A stretch of DNA of 64,000 bases from Asterias amurensis (GCF_032118995.1 NC_092661.1:19654621-19718620); one strand, 5' to 3'; counted from the stretch's first letter, positions 12,177-25,583 are shown. The notes: generated by a model not told the origin, from the letters alone. Program-made: numbers and translations.

Positions 12177-12290
12177 CTTGACTATTTGGATGTAACCTTT
12201 CTCAGCAGCAATGTGTAAGGGTGTGTTATTGTAGCGATCTGATTCCATCAATAGCTTCTTGGCTTTGTGTTTACGATGGTCAAGCAGAAC
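12177..12290 (-). CDS. TRPA1: TRPA1-like ankyrin exon (VLLDHRKHKAKKLLMESDRYNNTPLHIAAEKGYIQIVK)
   Basis: Acceptor tcgttgcag|, donor CAAG|gtacta. Confidence 0.7.
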
Positions 12291-12721
12291 CTGCAACGAA
12301 AGAAAACAAATTCAGTTCTCTTTTTAGATAGTTTAATTAGATTTGTTTGTTTCTTTTATATTCTTGGCAAACGGCCAAATTAAAGTAAAAACTACAGTTC
12401 ATACAAAAATTAGTTTACATACAAAAAAGTTACAATATAAAAATATACAGCTTACAATGAAATAGCTCAAACCTTGATCTGCAGATTGGCTTGGTGGTAT
12501 TTTTCCCAGCCTTTTACCCTGGTTCAAATCCCACCTTGGACAGAGCCTCCAATTTGGATTAAATTTTCAGTCCCAACCTGATTGAGTGTTTTTTTCTTCT
12601 AAAACTTAATATTTCTACATTGTTTCTCAACACAGGTATCTTCAGCCTATTGCTTGTTGCTTTCTTGGTTCAAGTACCCGAAAGATTGAAAATAAAATGA
12701 AAATAAATTAACTCAGCTTAC

Positions 12722-12905
12722 AGTTAAAGCCTGGACTTCATTTTCTTGAGCAGCCCAATAGACAGCACTCTTCTCATGTTTATCAACAGCTCGAATATTT
12801 CCACCACGTTTAAGGAGTTCAGCTATTGTTGCACTGTGTCCATTACTTGCAGCTATTAGCAATGGGGTGAAGTTGTCCTTATCACGACGCTCTAACTTGG
12901 CTCCA
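12722..12905 (-). CDS. TRPA1: TRPA1-like ankyrin exon (SGAKLERRDKDNFTPLLIAASNGHSATIAELLKRGGNIRAVDKHEKSAVYWAAQENEVQALT)
   Basis: Acceptor ttgttacag|, donor AACT|gtaagc; phase-consistent. Confidence 0.7.
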
Positions 12906-13385
12906 CTGTAACAATAACAAAATGATTCAAGTAAATTGATGTAAGCTACAACTGTAGTGGCGTGTTAAAAACTCAAATCCTGGAATTTCTGATCAGCAGA
13001 GTGTGGGTTTGAGTCCCGGTCATGAAACTTTTAAGCAAGAGTTAGACACTTAACCTAACCATTATTGCTTCGTCCTTCGAGTGGGACGCAAAGCCGTAGG
13101 TCTTGTGTGTTGTATAGGGCACATAGAAGAACCCAGTGCAACTACCGTTAAGAGAAGCGGTTCACTCTGGTGTTTCTAGTTTGATTGGCACTTTGATTTG
13201 ACAGCACCTTGGTCTCACACTTCAAAGCGTAGCTCTGCATACCTTGCAAGAAAAAATACTGGGTGCTTTCAGACACCCATCAGGTGCGATAGCTCTATAA
13301 CAACTGCCTAGTAATAGTTCATTATAAAGTCGAGAATCCGACATGTGAAGTTTTCTACGAGAATAAAACCTAGTCCAATATGTAC

Positions 13386-13589
13386 CTCTTTATCAGGAAC
13401 TCTACCACATGCTGCCGGTTGAATGCACAGGCACGATGAAGCGCTGTGGCTCGTTCTGCATTAAGGGCATCAATCCTTGCTCCTCGCTGCAGCAACAGCT
13501 TAACAATGTTAAGATGACCGGCGGCTGCTGCTACATGAAGGGATGTATTACGCTGATAATCAAAGGTGTTCACATTGGCACCTGTAAAT
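13386..13589 (-). CDS. TRPA1: TRPA1-like ankyrin exon (ANVNTFDYQRNTSLHVAAAAGHLNIVKLLLQRGARIDALNAERATALHRACAFNRQHVVEFLIK)
   Basis: Acceptor tttacag|, donor AAGAG|gtacat; ankyrin consensus. Confidence 0.75.
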
Positions 13590-13801
13590 CAACATCATGT
13601 AGAATAAGAGAGTGTAAACTTTGTGAACTATCTAAGACTAGTGTATGGAAAAGACAAAAGGCAGAGAATTTCAATTGGGGGGGGGGGGGTTATAAAGATA
13701 AGATAATATAAAAGTTAAAAATCAAGCTCTCTATAAGATAGATTTGGTTACAAGCAAAGAAGATAGTTAAAGATATACACTTGTTTAAAAATATTAGTTA
13801 C

Positions 13802-13895
13802 CTTTCTCCAGACACATCTGCACAATCTCCTGTTTCCCACTATCAACTGCAACATGGATGGCTGTGTTCAATTCCACATCACGGTCTGTTAACAT
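13802..13895 (-). CDS. TRPA1: TRPA1-like ankyrin exon (MLTDRDVELNTAIHVAVDSGKQEIVQMCLEKG)
   Basis: Acceptor gttacag|, donor GAAAG|gtaact; phase fits both neighbours. Confidence 0.7.
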
Positions 13896-14126
13896 CTGTA
13901 ACATTCACATAATGTGTATAAATCAACTCTCAAAATAAGTAAAAAAACAACACAGTCACAATCTGCTTTAAAGCATAATAGCAAACCTGTAGTCTTGTTT
14001 TGATTAAAAGTAATGAACAATGTCATAGACAAGAAAACCGACAAAAGTTTTCGCCAAACAGATTGCATAGAATTTGCTTCATATTATTTGCTGCCAGCCA
14101 TTAGGCTACTATTTCATGATTTTTAC

Positions 14127-14336
14127 CTGGCTCAATATTCCTTGGTTCTCCCCAGCAGCGAACAGCAGTTGGACGATTTTGATATGGCCTTCTGTGCAGG
14201 CAACTAACAATGGGGTATTGTTCTCCTCATCACAGCATCTCAGTTGCGCCCCTTTTTCGATCAGCATTTTGGCGACTTCCAGATTGCCATGGGTACAGGC
14301 CATATGAAGAGGAGTCATTAACTGCTTGTCTACTGC
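14127..14336 (-). CDS. TRPA1: TRPA1-like ankyrin exon (AVDKQLMTPLHMACTHGNLEVAKMLIEKGAQLRCCDEENNTPLLVACTEGHIKIVQLLFAAGENQGILSQ)
   Basis: Two ankyrin repeats; acceptor acctacag|, donor GCCAG|gtaaaa. Confidence 0.8.
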
Positions 14337-14444
14337 CTGTAGGTTAAAGGTCAGTCAAATACTTGAACTTGGTTTAACTATGGCATGTTTTATTCGAATA
14401 GCTTTTTTAAAGAAACTGAGAAAGACTATTTTAAACTGAGAAAT

Positions 14445-14748
14445 ACCTCAAAGAGAATCTTGTTGGAAGAAAGAAGTTCCTTCGCAGCGATATCATTTCC
14501 CCTCATAGCTGCAAAATGCAGCGGACTTTGACCATAGATATCTTGTGCGTTTATATCAGCACCAGCAGACTCCAAGAATGTAATGATACCAGTTGTTTCA
14601 TCAGTAGCATCTTCATCATCCTCATCATCGTCTTCGTTACCGCCATCTTGACCCGATACCACAGCCGTAGCCGTTGCTTTATTAGGACGCTTGCACCGAG
14701 CAGCAAAGTGGATAGGTGTTGTGTTATCATCACCTTTGTTTCCAGGGT
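14445..14748 (-). CDS. TRPA1: TRPA1-like ankyrin exon (DPGNKGDDNTTPIHFAARCK…acidic DDDEDDED insert…SPLHFAAMRGNDIAAKELL)
   Basis: Acceptor tccctag|, donor TTTGAG|gtattt; phase 1 in, phase 0 out; consistent with flanking exons. Confidence 0.75.
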
Positions 14749-15507
14749 CTAGGGATCAAAGATAATCCTGTATAATTAATCTCAATGTGTATTAGGATGG
14801 ATTGATTTGGATTATATCAACTGAATTAGTTGCTTAAACGAGGCTTTGAAATATGTAGGCTGTTTGACCCACTTCAGGACGCCCAGTGCACTTACAGGCA
14901 CCCGTCCTGTCTGTCATTTTGGGAGTCAAAACTTAGACAGAGGAGTCGATTCCCAAATGGCAGAAATTGTAGGTGCATTAGATGGAATGCATTCCGCGTT
15001 GTGCAAGGAACCAGTTGGATGGCAACAAACCATTTCCACAGAGTGATAATGTGTAGAGCAGTAAAATGGTACTTCTGATATCAGGCTTATGAACTTTGAA
15101 CTCAACAAACTGCTGAAGTTGCCAACAAGAAACTGAACAAACTGAAAGATTTTACCTAAAAAACAACACTCTGATCCCATATTGTAGTGTGTGCTCCAGC
15201 ATTGGGAACTTGTTAATGACTTTGTTCCCTTTTGACACCAAACAAAGATTGTTTGAATAATTCGCAAGACTTGAGTACATATCTAATGAGTTGGGAACAA
15301 GAAAATCATTCAGTTCAAGATGTGATGCCACTTACTGGAACTGTGGGAGACCTTTGGGGGCGCTAGAAGGCTCAGACTCACCAGGTTAATAAATACATTT
15401 TTAAAAGATGTGGTAAGTCTGCTGCCACCTAGCATTCAAAAGTCCCCCGTTAGTGAAATAAAGAAAGCTGAAGTGGAGACTCCCAATTGCCCAATAATGT
15501 TCTCTAC

Positions 15508-15676
15508 CTGCTTGGTGTTTGATGAGTAGTTTAACAATCTCGATGTGGTTGTAACGTGCTGCATAGTGGAGAGCACTCAGATTATTCTCATCTAGTTTGT
15601 TAACACGGCGACGTTTATTGGAGCCAATCTGCTCCAAATATCGCCGCATCGTCTCCACTTCTCCATCTCTGGCTGC
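15508..15676 (-). CDS. TRPA1: TRPA1-like ankyrin exon (AARDGEVETMRRYLEQIGSNKRRRVNKLDENNLSALHYAARYNHIEIVKLLIKHQA)
   Basis: Polypyrimidine-AG acceptor, CAG|gtagag donor; ankyrin consensus (LH-AA--GH---V-LL); resembles the start of the vertebrate TRPA1 ankyrin domain. Confidence 0.75.
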
Positions 15677-18521
15677 CTGAGGAATGAGGAGAACAATTTT
15701 ACAAAATAATGGTCGCTATTCATCCTATTCCATAAGAGTGTCAATTGGGAAGATTCTCTGCACCAAAAATTATGACATTGTTGGGGGTACATGTATGCTG
15801 CAAATGATTGTCATTAATACTTGCTTTATGATTGTAAAATGGGACAGTTACATCCAAGACTAATCTTGAACAGCCAGTTATTTCTACAGACACCCACACA
15901 CACCAACTTATTCTAACCCCATAAATTCTTTTTGTTCATCCATTGCCTGGACTTTTTGTTAGTGATGTCCCTACTGATTTTAGCGAGGTGCCCGGTTCCC
16001 TTTTGTTACAGTCTTCAGTATCAAGGAGTTGACACAACTTTCTAACTGTCATTTCTGAACAAAGAATGTTTCTTTGTGCTTCCGATTTGTTATAATCAAA
16101 CATATTATTTTATTTTCAGTTACACATCAAGTTATTTAAAAAATAAACTCTAACCAAATCAAATGAGTGTTTTCTCGTTGTAGGCTAAACCCAATAAATT
16201 GAAAATGATATAGTCTAAAATAAAACTTCTATTTGTTTGTGTGATGTTTTACATGCTCATTAGAGATGACTTGATAATTTGATCAACATACAAATATTTA
16301 AAACTGCCATCAATCAAATATGTGTGATAAACAATCTAAAAGTAGCCCCCTATTGACCCCTTGCACGTGCGTCACACGCGGCGACCATGTTGGTGGGCAG
16401 TTAGGTTTACGTGTATTAACGCCGCATCGCCTAAAATGCACACTTCACTGCATAACGCACAGCATAGAGTTATATAGAGATATATGAAAACGCACAGTGC
16501 AATTGCCCACCAGTATGGCGCATTCAAGATTTTTCTTCTTTGTCAGGTGAAATGGGTCAATAAACACTTCCCCAAATGAGCGTGTTTTCTATAAATCATT
16601 AGTCTCATACTCCTACTCTGACTAAGGACTAACAGAGAAGTAGATGTCTTTCCATGGTTCTTTCAAATTTGATTGAGGGCATCAACAGTATGCAATGGTT
16701 GGATGGGTGATCAAACATTAGTACAACAAGACTAATCTATCAAACTAATAAACCCCAGATGACTGTGGTTCTTCTCTGTATAAGGGTTTGTTTGTATAGG
16801 TATAACATCCCACTATCTCAAGGGGGCCATTGTATAATGTGTGGATATCATAGCATGCTCAATCATCAATGCTAAGATTAATGAGAAATGGACTTTGGTT
16901 TTTAATCATCTAAAGTGGCACCATCCATTTTTTGCTGTTTTTTAAACATTTTTAATGAATTTTGACAGATCATTGCTGATTTAAATTGAAAAGTATAAAA
17001 CAACTTTCGCATTCATGCTAAGGGCAATGCACAAAATATACAATCCATGTGCAGAATTATAAATTGTGAAGCAATGTTAATTAACTACCACTAATCATAT
17101 TGCATCCATGAACACTTTAATCTTTTCTGAACCTTGATGTAAATGTAGTACAGAACTGAAATCAATTTTGGGGGTCAAATCGGCCAAAAAGTTTACCTAT
17201 AACTTCTTTTTATTTATTATGTACACAGATTACCTTGTCTTACTAACTACTCTTATTAAAATTAATATGATAAGTTTAAAGATTATTTTCCTCATGGCCA
17301 CTTTAATGTGATTAATTTGTTCAAAAGCTGAATGCTAAATCTAATAGTGAATCCTTTTATCATGCAGCATATAAGCCTACTTTGAATTAATCATACTGAT
17401 GGCCATAACCCAAGTATCTAAATGAATTGGCAGTTGGCCTACATCACGTCCATTCATGTTACATTTGCAACCTGTTTATTTGACTAGACAGTTTGTTGGT
17501 ATGTTCAGGATATGAACTATTGGTTTCTAGCCAACAATTCCCTTTCATCTCACTGAGTCAGAATCTATACACAAACTTTTGTACCCTTGACCTCAAAAAT
17601 AAAAAAACACCAAATTGAATAAGTTCAACTAAGCATAAAATTGAAATCAGGAACTAAATCGAAACAAGTGTAAAGTAAACAGCGAATCCTATAAAATCAG
17701 TTTTTCAAAAGCTTTTTTGTTTTTTGTTTTTTTCCTGTAGTTTTTCTGTGCATGGCATCCATTTCGCATTTGAATGGCAGCCTTTGATTTCCAGCATTTC
17801 AAATACAACTTTGTGATTTGTATCACTTAATTTCATGGTTATTGTGGTTTTTAATTATATTTTGTGCATCTATTTGTGTAAAGCTACAAAGAGCTTGTTT
17901 TACTATAGTATTATTATTATTACTAATTTCATTGTGAATATTAGCATTTTCGTTGTTATGAAATATGCACCCATGGTAACAAATTGCAGGTAGACAGGAT
18001 GTCATGAATAAATTGCAAAACTTCCCTATTTCATGTGGAATATTGACTTGTGAAAAGCTAATGGACTAGTGAAATAACAAGTTATCCTGCTGGCTAGTTA
18101 CTAAGTAAGAAGGTTAAGGGCAAACCCTGTATCCATAGATGCATGGAGGAAGGAAAAGATAAATCAATTTTCAATGCCATATTTCCAGGTTATTTGATCT
18201 GTTACTTTAACTTGTATTTAATGAGCGTCTTCCCACCTTATTTAATCACATAAAATAATATTTTTCAAAAGGAGAAAAACATGCAATAATGTGGAAAACA
18301 TAACAGTTACCCTTCCTCAACACACTCTGTACTCCAAGGCATTAGTAGGCTATGATTCATGATCAGAATGAATCACATTTTCCATGCAGGTTGTATGCAA
18401 TCAGGGTTTACACAGTGATGGGGCATTTTATCAACGATCAATCATTGATATGAAGACAGTAAACCAGTGGCAGCTTGGTCAGTGATGGGGGGATTGCAAA
18501 GTAAAATGTTAAATGTTATAT

Positions 18522-20100
18522 TTAAGCTTGGGCGATATTGATTTATTTTATTCACGATATATTGCGGACAATATATCACGATCTTCGATATAATCGCGAT
18601 TAATTAAATTTGACATCATCAGTTCTCAAACTCCCAGTGAAAGTTGTAGAAGAGACAGTCTCAGCAAAAGAGAGGTGTTCTAATGACCTATTCTTCTGGT
18701 TTTACTCCAAACATATGGGGTGCAAGCAGCGGCGTAACTAGACATTTTCATTTGGTGGGGCAAGTGGGGGCAAAGATTTAATTTGGGGGGGGCCAAAGAA
18801 GTGCAAGATTATTATTAAATATGTTAACTGATATATAGTTGATACACACCAATGCAGTCCTAAAACAGTCTACCTGGTCAGCACAGCAGGTAACAAAAGA
18901 TTGCGAAAACAACAAAATCTTAGAGAACTTGTCATTTTGTATTTTATAAGATAAAACTTTTCGACTGTATAAAAGGATTAAATTACCAACTGTGATCAAC
19001 TGTGGGTGTGTAAATACCCAAAACATAATAATATTAGGCCAAGTAAAAATAGAAAAATAGAAATGTTTAGCGTCCCCGCCCGACACCTTTTTTTTCTTAA
19101 GTTTTTTTTATGCACATTATTCTTTTTGTTTTTGTTTTGAAAAAGGGTTACTTTAAATGATCTCAGCAAAAAAAAAACAATCTGTATGTCTTGTCTGAAT
19201 GCCTGGACCAAACTGTTTCATTAATGTTTTGTGTATTTCAGCAGCAGAAAATACAATGGATATTTGACATTCATGGCGGCCATCTTGAAATAAAAAATAA
19301 AAAGCCCCTCCTCCTTCCTTTTTTTGAGAAACCCAGATACTAAACATGTTTCTTTTTGTTACTCGGCCTTATTGTAACAAGTGTAAGCCATCAAAAAAAA
19401 AAAAAAAAAAATACAGGATTGAAATTGTGGGTGTTTAATAATCACATTTTAGTTATGAAACGGATATTTCAAATAGGCCTTCCTCTAAATTGCAGCGCTT
19501 GCTTCAAAGGAGAAGAAATGGTCTAAGCAACCTTATTCGCTGGCCATTTTGCTGTAGTAAATTTCTCTGTAGTGCATCGGACCATGGTTCTACCTCCATG
19601 ATCTGACTAAGTTGTGTTAACGGAGCTATTGGTCTGCATTCAGACCACTTTGTCACATCCTGTACTCTCTGTAACCGCAAAACCACAACAAACATTTACC
19701 GCCAATACGATCGCGCGCGCGTTTCCACGCATTTTTCATGTTATAGTCCACATACTGAAATGAATAAAAGTTTTCATTTTTATGGCAGCATTTTATGCAG
19801 TTTTAAACGATTTATATATTAGGAATATAAGAATATACTTTTCTCTGATTCCATATGGGGGGGCAAGAGGGGGGGGGGGCAAGGGTTCTGAGCGGGGGGG
19901 CGCCGGCCCACCCTGCCCCCCCTCTGGTTACGCCACTGGGTGCAAGATGTCTCACCTAGAAAATACATCCCGATATTGCGATATTTAATTGATATCGCGA
20001 TATATTGATATTTCGATTAAAAACAAATCGATCCGATATCGAAATCGTTTCCAAGTTATTATCGCGATATTCGATAATATCGTGATATCGCCCAAGCTTA
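18522..20100. mobile_element. Non-autonomous hAT-like DNA transposon (TIR taagcttgggcgatat…atatcgcccaagctta) with 8-bp TSD gttatatt
   Basis: Perfect 16-bp TIRs, identical 8-bp direct flanks at 18514-18521 and 20101-20108, no long ORF inside; G-rich internal repeats. Confidence 0.7.
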
Positions 20101-20851
20101 GTTATATTAATTGTATTGTAGATCACACTCAATGACTGTGTTTTCTTTTACAAACTGTTTGGTTAGTTTCTATCGAAAGTCACTTTTCCAGTCATAAGGA
20201 TTTTCAAAAATTCTTATCAGATTTCATTTTGGCTTTGGGGTTGTCATGGTTACTTTTTATTTGTGATATAATCAGAATTGATCCCTTGCACGCACGTCAC
20301 ACGCGGCGACTGTGCCACGCTCACCAAATTGGAGGGCAATAGGTTTAGGTGTAAACGCTATGTGGCCTAAAATGCGCACTTCTACCTTACATACACCCCA
20401 ACCACCGCTATCCCAACCCCGACCACGCCCCCACCAGCTTTCCCCAGCCTGCTCCATGAATATCATACAATAATACAGTAATGACAAGAATCACACAAAA
20501 ATTCCATTTAATATAAAAACTAATTCAAATCACAATATGGTTCAAAATACTTTTTTAAGCCTCCTGGGATAGGCCTACAAGGGGTTACCTACTAATTGAC
20601 TGGGTCGATGGTCTCGCAGCTGGTATGAACAATTATAAAGTGTTGCTGCACAGAAAAATGTGTGTTCCAAATGTGTGCAGTGAAACTGTTTTCGGTTAGA
20701 TATGCTTTAAAAATAATAATCAGTCAATTTTCCAAAGCAGACTGCCCCTTTTTCATTCATTCAAAAAACAAAATAGCATCTTTTATGATTGCTTTCGGTA
20801 ACAAATGAGTGAATAAATTTAGTTTATTTATTATGCATATATGATATATAC

Positions 20852-21505
20852 CTGATGTATACTGATGAGATTGGCAAGATCTTCAATACTTTCAGATGCT
20901 GCCAGTCCTCCTCCTAGACCATCTGCAGCATCCAGCTCTGCCTGTGTAGGCCAGTTACGAGCATAATTTTTGGCTCTACGATTCGAATCATCATCACTAT
21001 CTCCACTTCCATGCTGTCTCTGCCATGCACTCATCTCCACCGTGTCTTCACGGTCCAGTCCGCCGTTGAATGTCGGCATATTCCCGGTAGATGATGACAC
21101 GGATGCTAACCTGTTGTCACTACTCCTCGGGGAGCTCTCGCTGCGTGATGGCGATGGCGACGGGGCAACCTTACCAGACCTCACTGTTGACACTCTAGTC
21201 GGTCTTAAATCCACTTTACTTATGCTTGCAATACTACCCTTGGACGCAGAAGATCGTATTTCAGAACTACTAGAATCCTTGGCAGTTAGCCAAGCCTGAG
21301 TAATGGATTGTTTTCTTGATGTGTTTCCGGAAACGTCGCCAAAATCACCGGGAAGATCGTCGTCATCGACGGGTGCCGCGTAGGCGATAGGTGGTAGGTC
21401 CTTTGCTGCTTCGGCCACAAGCAATGCCTCTGTGTCACTGTCACAGGAAAGATCAGAGATAGGGCAATTTCCTTTATTATCGTCCTGTGAGAATATCTGG
21501 CTCAT
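20852..21505 (-). CDS. TRPA1: TRPA1-like channel, coding exon 1 (Ser-rich disordered N-terminus, MSQIFSQDD...ISIHQ); donor CATCAG|gtatat
   Basis: 218-aa ORF from ATG, ends at a canonical GT donor, phase-compatible with the next ankyrin exon (…IHQ|AARDGEVETMRRYLE). Confidence 0.5.
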
Positions 21506-22361
21506 GACCTCTGCTGCTGAATATTCAACGGCTAGTTGTTATAAATAAGGCGTGCCACTGCCAGCTAAACATAACACGATTATCTTATATCTTTCTCTAT
21601 GGTAATATGTGACACCAACATGATAGCGAATTTACTCAAGCGTTAAGTTATGAGGGTCATTGATTGGCAACCTGCACGGGACACCTGCACTGGGTACTGT
21701 AGTTGCACTCTGGACCTTTGCTGCCAACGTCATAGTTAGACTTGACCCAGTCTACCATCGTTTATCAACTCGTCTCTTTTGTGTGCCCCCACCCCCCCCC
21801 CCCCCCCCCCGGATTATGGTATACAAACTTAGAACTTATATTTAAAATAATAGACAAAATGTTTCGCAAATTGTCCCAATCCTCCATAATTTCACAACCC
21901 ATTCAACTATTGTGGACACCGCACTGTTTAGTGTTTCCATTGAGGTATTGTGTTACCATGGAGAACAAAGGCTCATCCAACTTGACCTTCACAATAAAAG
22001 CTCAGGGTAACTACGGGAAGAAGAACAAAATTTAACGTATTAATAATTGTTAATTTTAGCTGATGAAAAGGACAATCTATCAATAGTTGTTCCATAAGTT
22101 TAGTTTCCAATGGAGGTAGAAAAAGACAATAGCCAGGTTTAAGCCCTAAAATGCTCGGCCATCATTCATTAATCTAACCTGTGAACATTTAAATGGATCA
22201 GTTAATATGTCCACGTATATAGAGGAGAGGAAGAGTAATCTGTTAGAAACAGAAACGTTTCTCACATTGAAATGTTTTTTAATCCCTCTCTCTGAAGTTA
22301 TCATGGTCATTATTTTTCGGAGTAAGAAGGCTAATTAGGCAAATTGTGGCAAGTATAGTTT

Positions 22362-22742
22362 TTAAGACAGTGGACACTATTGGTAATTGTCATGTAAAAG
22401 ACCAGTCTTCTCACTTGGTGTATCTCAAGATATACATAAAATAACCAACCTGTGAAAATTTGAGCTCAATCGGTCGTCGAAGTTGCGGGATAACAATGAA
22501 AGAAAAAACACTCTTGTCACACGAAGTTGTGTGCTTTCAGATGCTTGATTTCGAGACCTCAAATTCTAAATCTGAGGTCTCGAAATCAAATTCGTAGTAC
22601 TGCTTTCTCGAAAACTATGTTACTTTAGAGGGAGCCATTTCACGACGTGTTTTATACTATCAACAGCTCCCCATTACTCGTTACCCAAGGTTTTATGCTA
22701 ATAATTATTTTGAGTAACTACCAATAGTGTCCACTGCCTTTA
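22362..22742 (+). mobile_element. MITE family 2 copy (TIR ttaaaggcagtggacactattggtaatt; central hairpin gatttcgagacctcagatttagaatttgaggtctcgaaatc)
   Basis: One of five copies in the window (22362, 41938, 52379, 53639 reverse, 63036 reverse). Confidence 0.8.
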
Positions 22743-25583
22743 ATTATTAGAAACATTTACGTTCCACCATATACATCACCCTCAATGCAGGTTCCTTTTT
22801 TTTTTAGTTCCCTCTTTTGACTCGAATGGTTTCTCAAACTAGACACTGGTTATTAGTTTCTATTTGTTTTGCTGAACCCTTATCTTACCTGTGTGCTTTG
22901 TGACCTCTACCACCGCGAGCCACCCTTAGAGGTCTCAGGATGACTTCTTCATCTTCCTCCATTATCACACACGAAATTGCCTCCTCGTCTAAACAAGAGA
23001 ATTACTCTAGAGTGAAGTACAACATCCTTCCCACAGCATGGTGTCTTTATTAACAAACCACTATTTATTAATAACTTGATATGATACCAACAAGTGGATT
23101 TTGATCACTCAGCTCATCTTGGTTTGGAGTGAATGAAGACGATGAGGTGCGGAAAGATGAATCTCCACTCGCTATAAGTAGCGTGTGAAGGCATGCACTA
23201 TGTGGGTGTTTCTCCTTATTATCCTCAGTGTGACGTTGTCTCAGCATCGCACACATATTTTATCTCATTTCGCTTGATTTACAGAATGTTCGCCCTCAAT
23301 GTGAAGGTTAATGCTTTCGGCAAGTTCACAATCAACATAACCATGTACATTATTCATTCCTCTGAGTCAGTTAGTACATAACGAAATGCAGTCTCTTTGA
23401 GCAAATTGTCCGCACACGACAAGATAATGTACAGCTTATGAATTGGCCTAGAAACTACCATCCTCAAGAGTGGTGTCAATCGCACCCTTGCACTCGCCAT
23501 TATTAGCCTGCCTCCCTGCAGTTACCATAGCAACTCTATTGATATGATGCCGCTGAGATGATTAGGATCGCAATTATGGCAATAATGACACCATCCACTG
23601 TGGACAGTTATCTTTGGAAAAAAACATCCTGCACTAAATGCAATAAAATCATATGACATTTAATATAATCGTGATACAGTTTACTTATGGGAGTCATCTA
23701 GAATCGCTTTTATTACATTTGGATGCTTGCTGCACCTAAATAATATTGAGGCCAAAGTGTTTATGCCTCGTTGACGATGGCATTTATACCGATAGGCCTA
23801 TTTGAGGTGAAATGCTTTCAATATGTTATGATTATAGTTTATTCATAGTTTGGTTTAACTCATACTCTCGTTTTCAATTCTGCATCATTCAACCATAAAT
23901 AAATCTTTAGCCGTCACGTTTAGGTTATTGATTTGAAGTTGAAACATCAAGAAATGGTGTTTGTATGTGTGGTTTTCATCGCGTTGTCAGGCTTATTTCG
24001 ATGGCGGCAATCGGAATATTTAAAGGAGGTTTTTGGGGCCCTCAATTACTTTTCTGACTTCACTTTTGATCTGACGAGAACATTTGCCAGAGAAATTAAG
24101 TAGTGGGCGTTCAGATTGGAGCTAACCATATTTTGGGGGTTTATTTTAAAACTATACATTTTTTCATGGTTTCGTGGGCGCCCGATTAGCCACATCGTCG
24201 CGTTATGTTAATTGATTTGTCAACTGGGCGTGGTTATTTGACCTATTTAAAATGGAGCAACGACACAACATGAATTACTAGTTGGCCTATAATATGTATA
24301 GCATTGTGCTTATGGGGATGAATCATACAGCTATAGCTCTATGGGGTGAATAGAAACATTTGTGTACTTGCTTCCAAGTGTTCTAAAAATATTGATAAAA
24401 AAAAAAGTTGATTTAGGATAGCAAAACTGAACAGTCGGAAAATTCAAAACAATCAAATTGTCATCCTATGTTAAACGTATGCAACAATGTGTTTTATTAA
24501 CAAATAATTGGGAGAAGTCAAAATAATAATCCAAAGTATGATAAATAAATTTGACAAATTGCAGGTCAGCTGCTAATAAGTTTTATTCACGCTCACATTT
24601 TAAAACACGGCCAAAAAGACAAATTTATGTTAATTCACACATGATGGTCAAAATGGTATAAAAACCTTTTATTCTAAAACAAAGCACACTTAGTGGTGTT
24701 CGATTGGTTTTGGGAAAGAAAAACGCTAAATACCGTTCCAGTATAGTCAACAGCATACAACATAGTTTAAAAACCTTTGCTATAAAGCCAGGTTTTCATC
24801 AAGACTATTGTGCGTTTTCAAATGTGTAAAATTAACTCAAACTTGGCGACATTTCAGATGGAAACACTTTAGTATTGGCAGGTAGAACACTTTTATGAAG
24901 TTTGTTAAAAGAAAACTTTCAAATGTTGTTTTACCAGCCAATAAAAATAAACATACAAGTATTTAGTGGTTTACAGTAAATGTTAATAAATCACTAGCTG
25001 TCAGGTGGAAACTAACTGTAATGTAATAAAATGTATTAAACTTAAACAAGTCCTTACACTTTCACTGACTTTAACACACACATAAATTTACTTAGAAACT
25101 GTTACAACAAAATGGTTATTGTGAAATTTGGGACATAATCATAAAATATTAAAGTACAGCAAAATTTATTTCTTAAAAATATTTAAAGAAGGTATCTTTG
25201 AAAACACTACGCAAACATGTTGTGTGTTTTGCTCCAGCAGTTTTTCTACGGGATACCACCCACCCAACCAGTCAAGTTCCAACACTCCACGGTTATGCTC
25301 TTTTTGAAGATTCATCTCACATTGACAGATACCATACTATCATGCCAAGAAATCCTCTTCATGATTTGTACAGACTTGTGTCAATGAGAGCCCACACATT
25401 TGTCGTAAGTCAATGTTCCCTGTGCAATGAAATGTAAATCCTGCATTTCTGACCGACAGGTATTAGTATATTATTGTACAGATACTATTCTACTATGAAC
25501 CAATTTCCTAGTGTAACCTCCAACACACTTGTATGAGGAATAGTAAGAAGAAATACAAAGTCACTGTCTACAGTCTTTATCAA

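Noticed and set aside
14926-15267. 113-aa minus-strand ORF between ankyrin exons
   Set aside because: No ankyrin or other recognisable motif. The flanking exons join in phase without it, so it is probably intronic.
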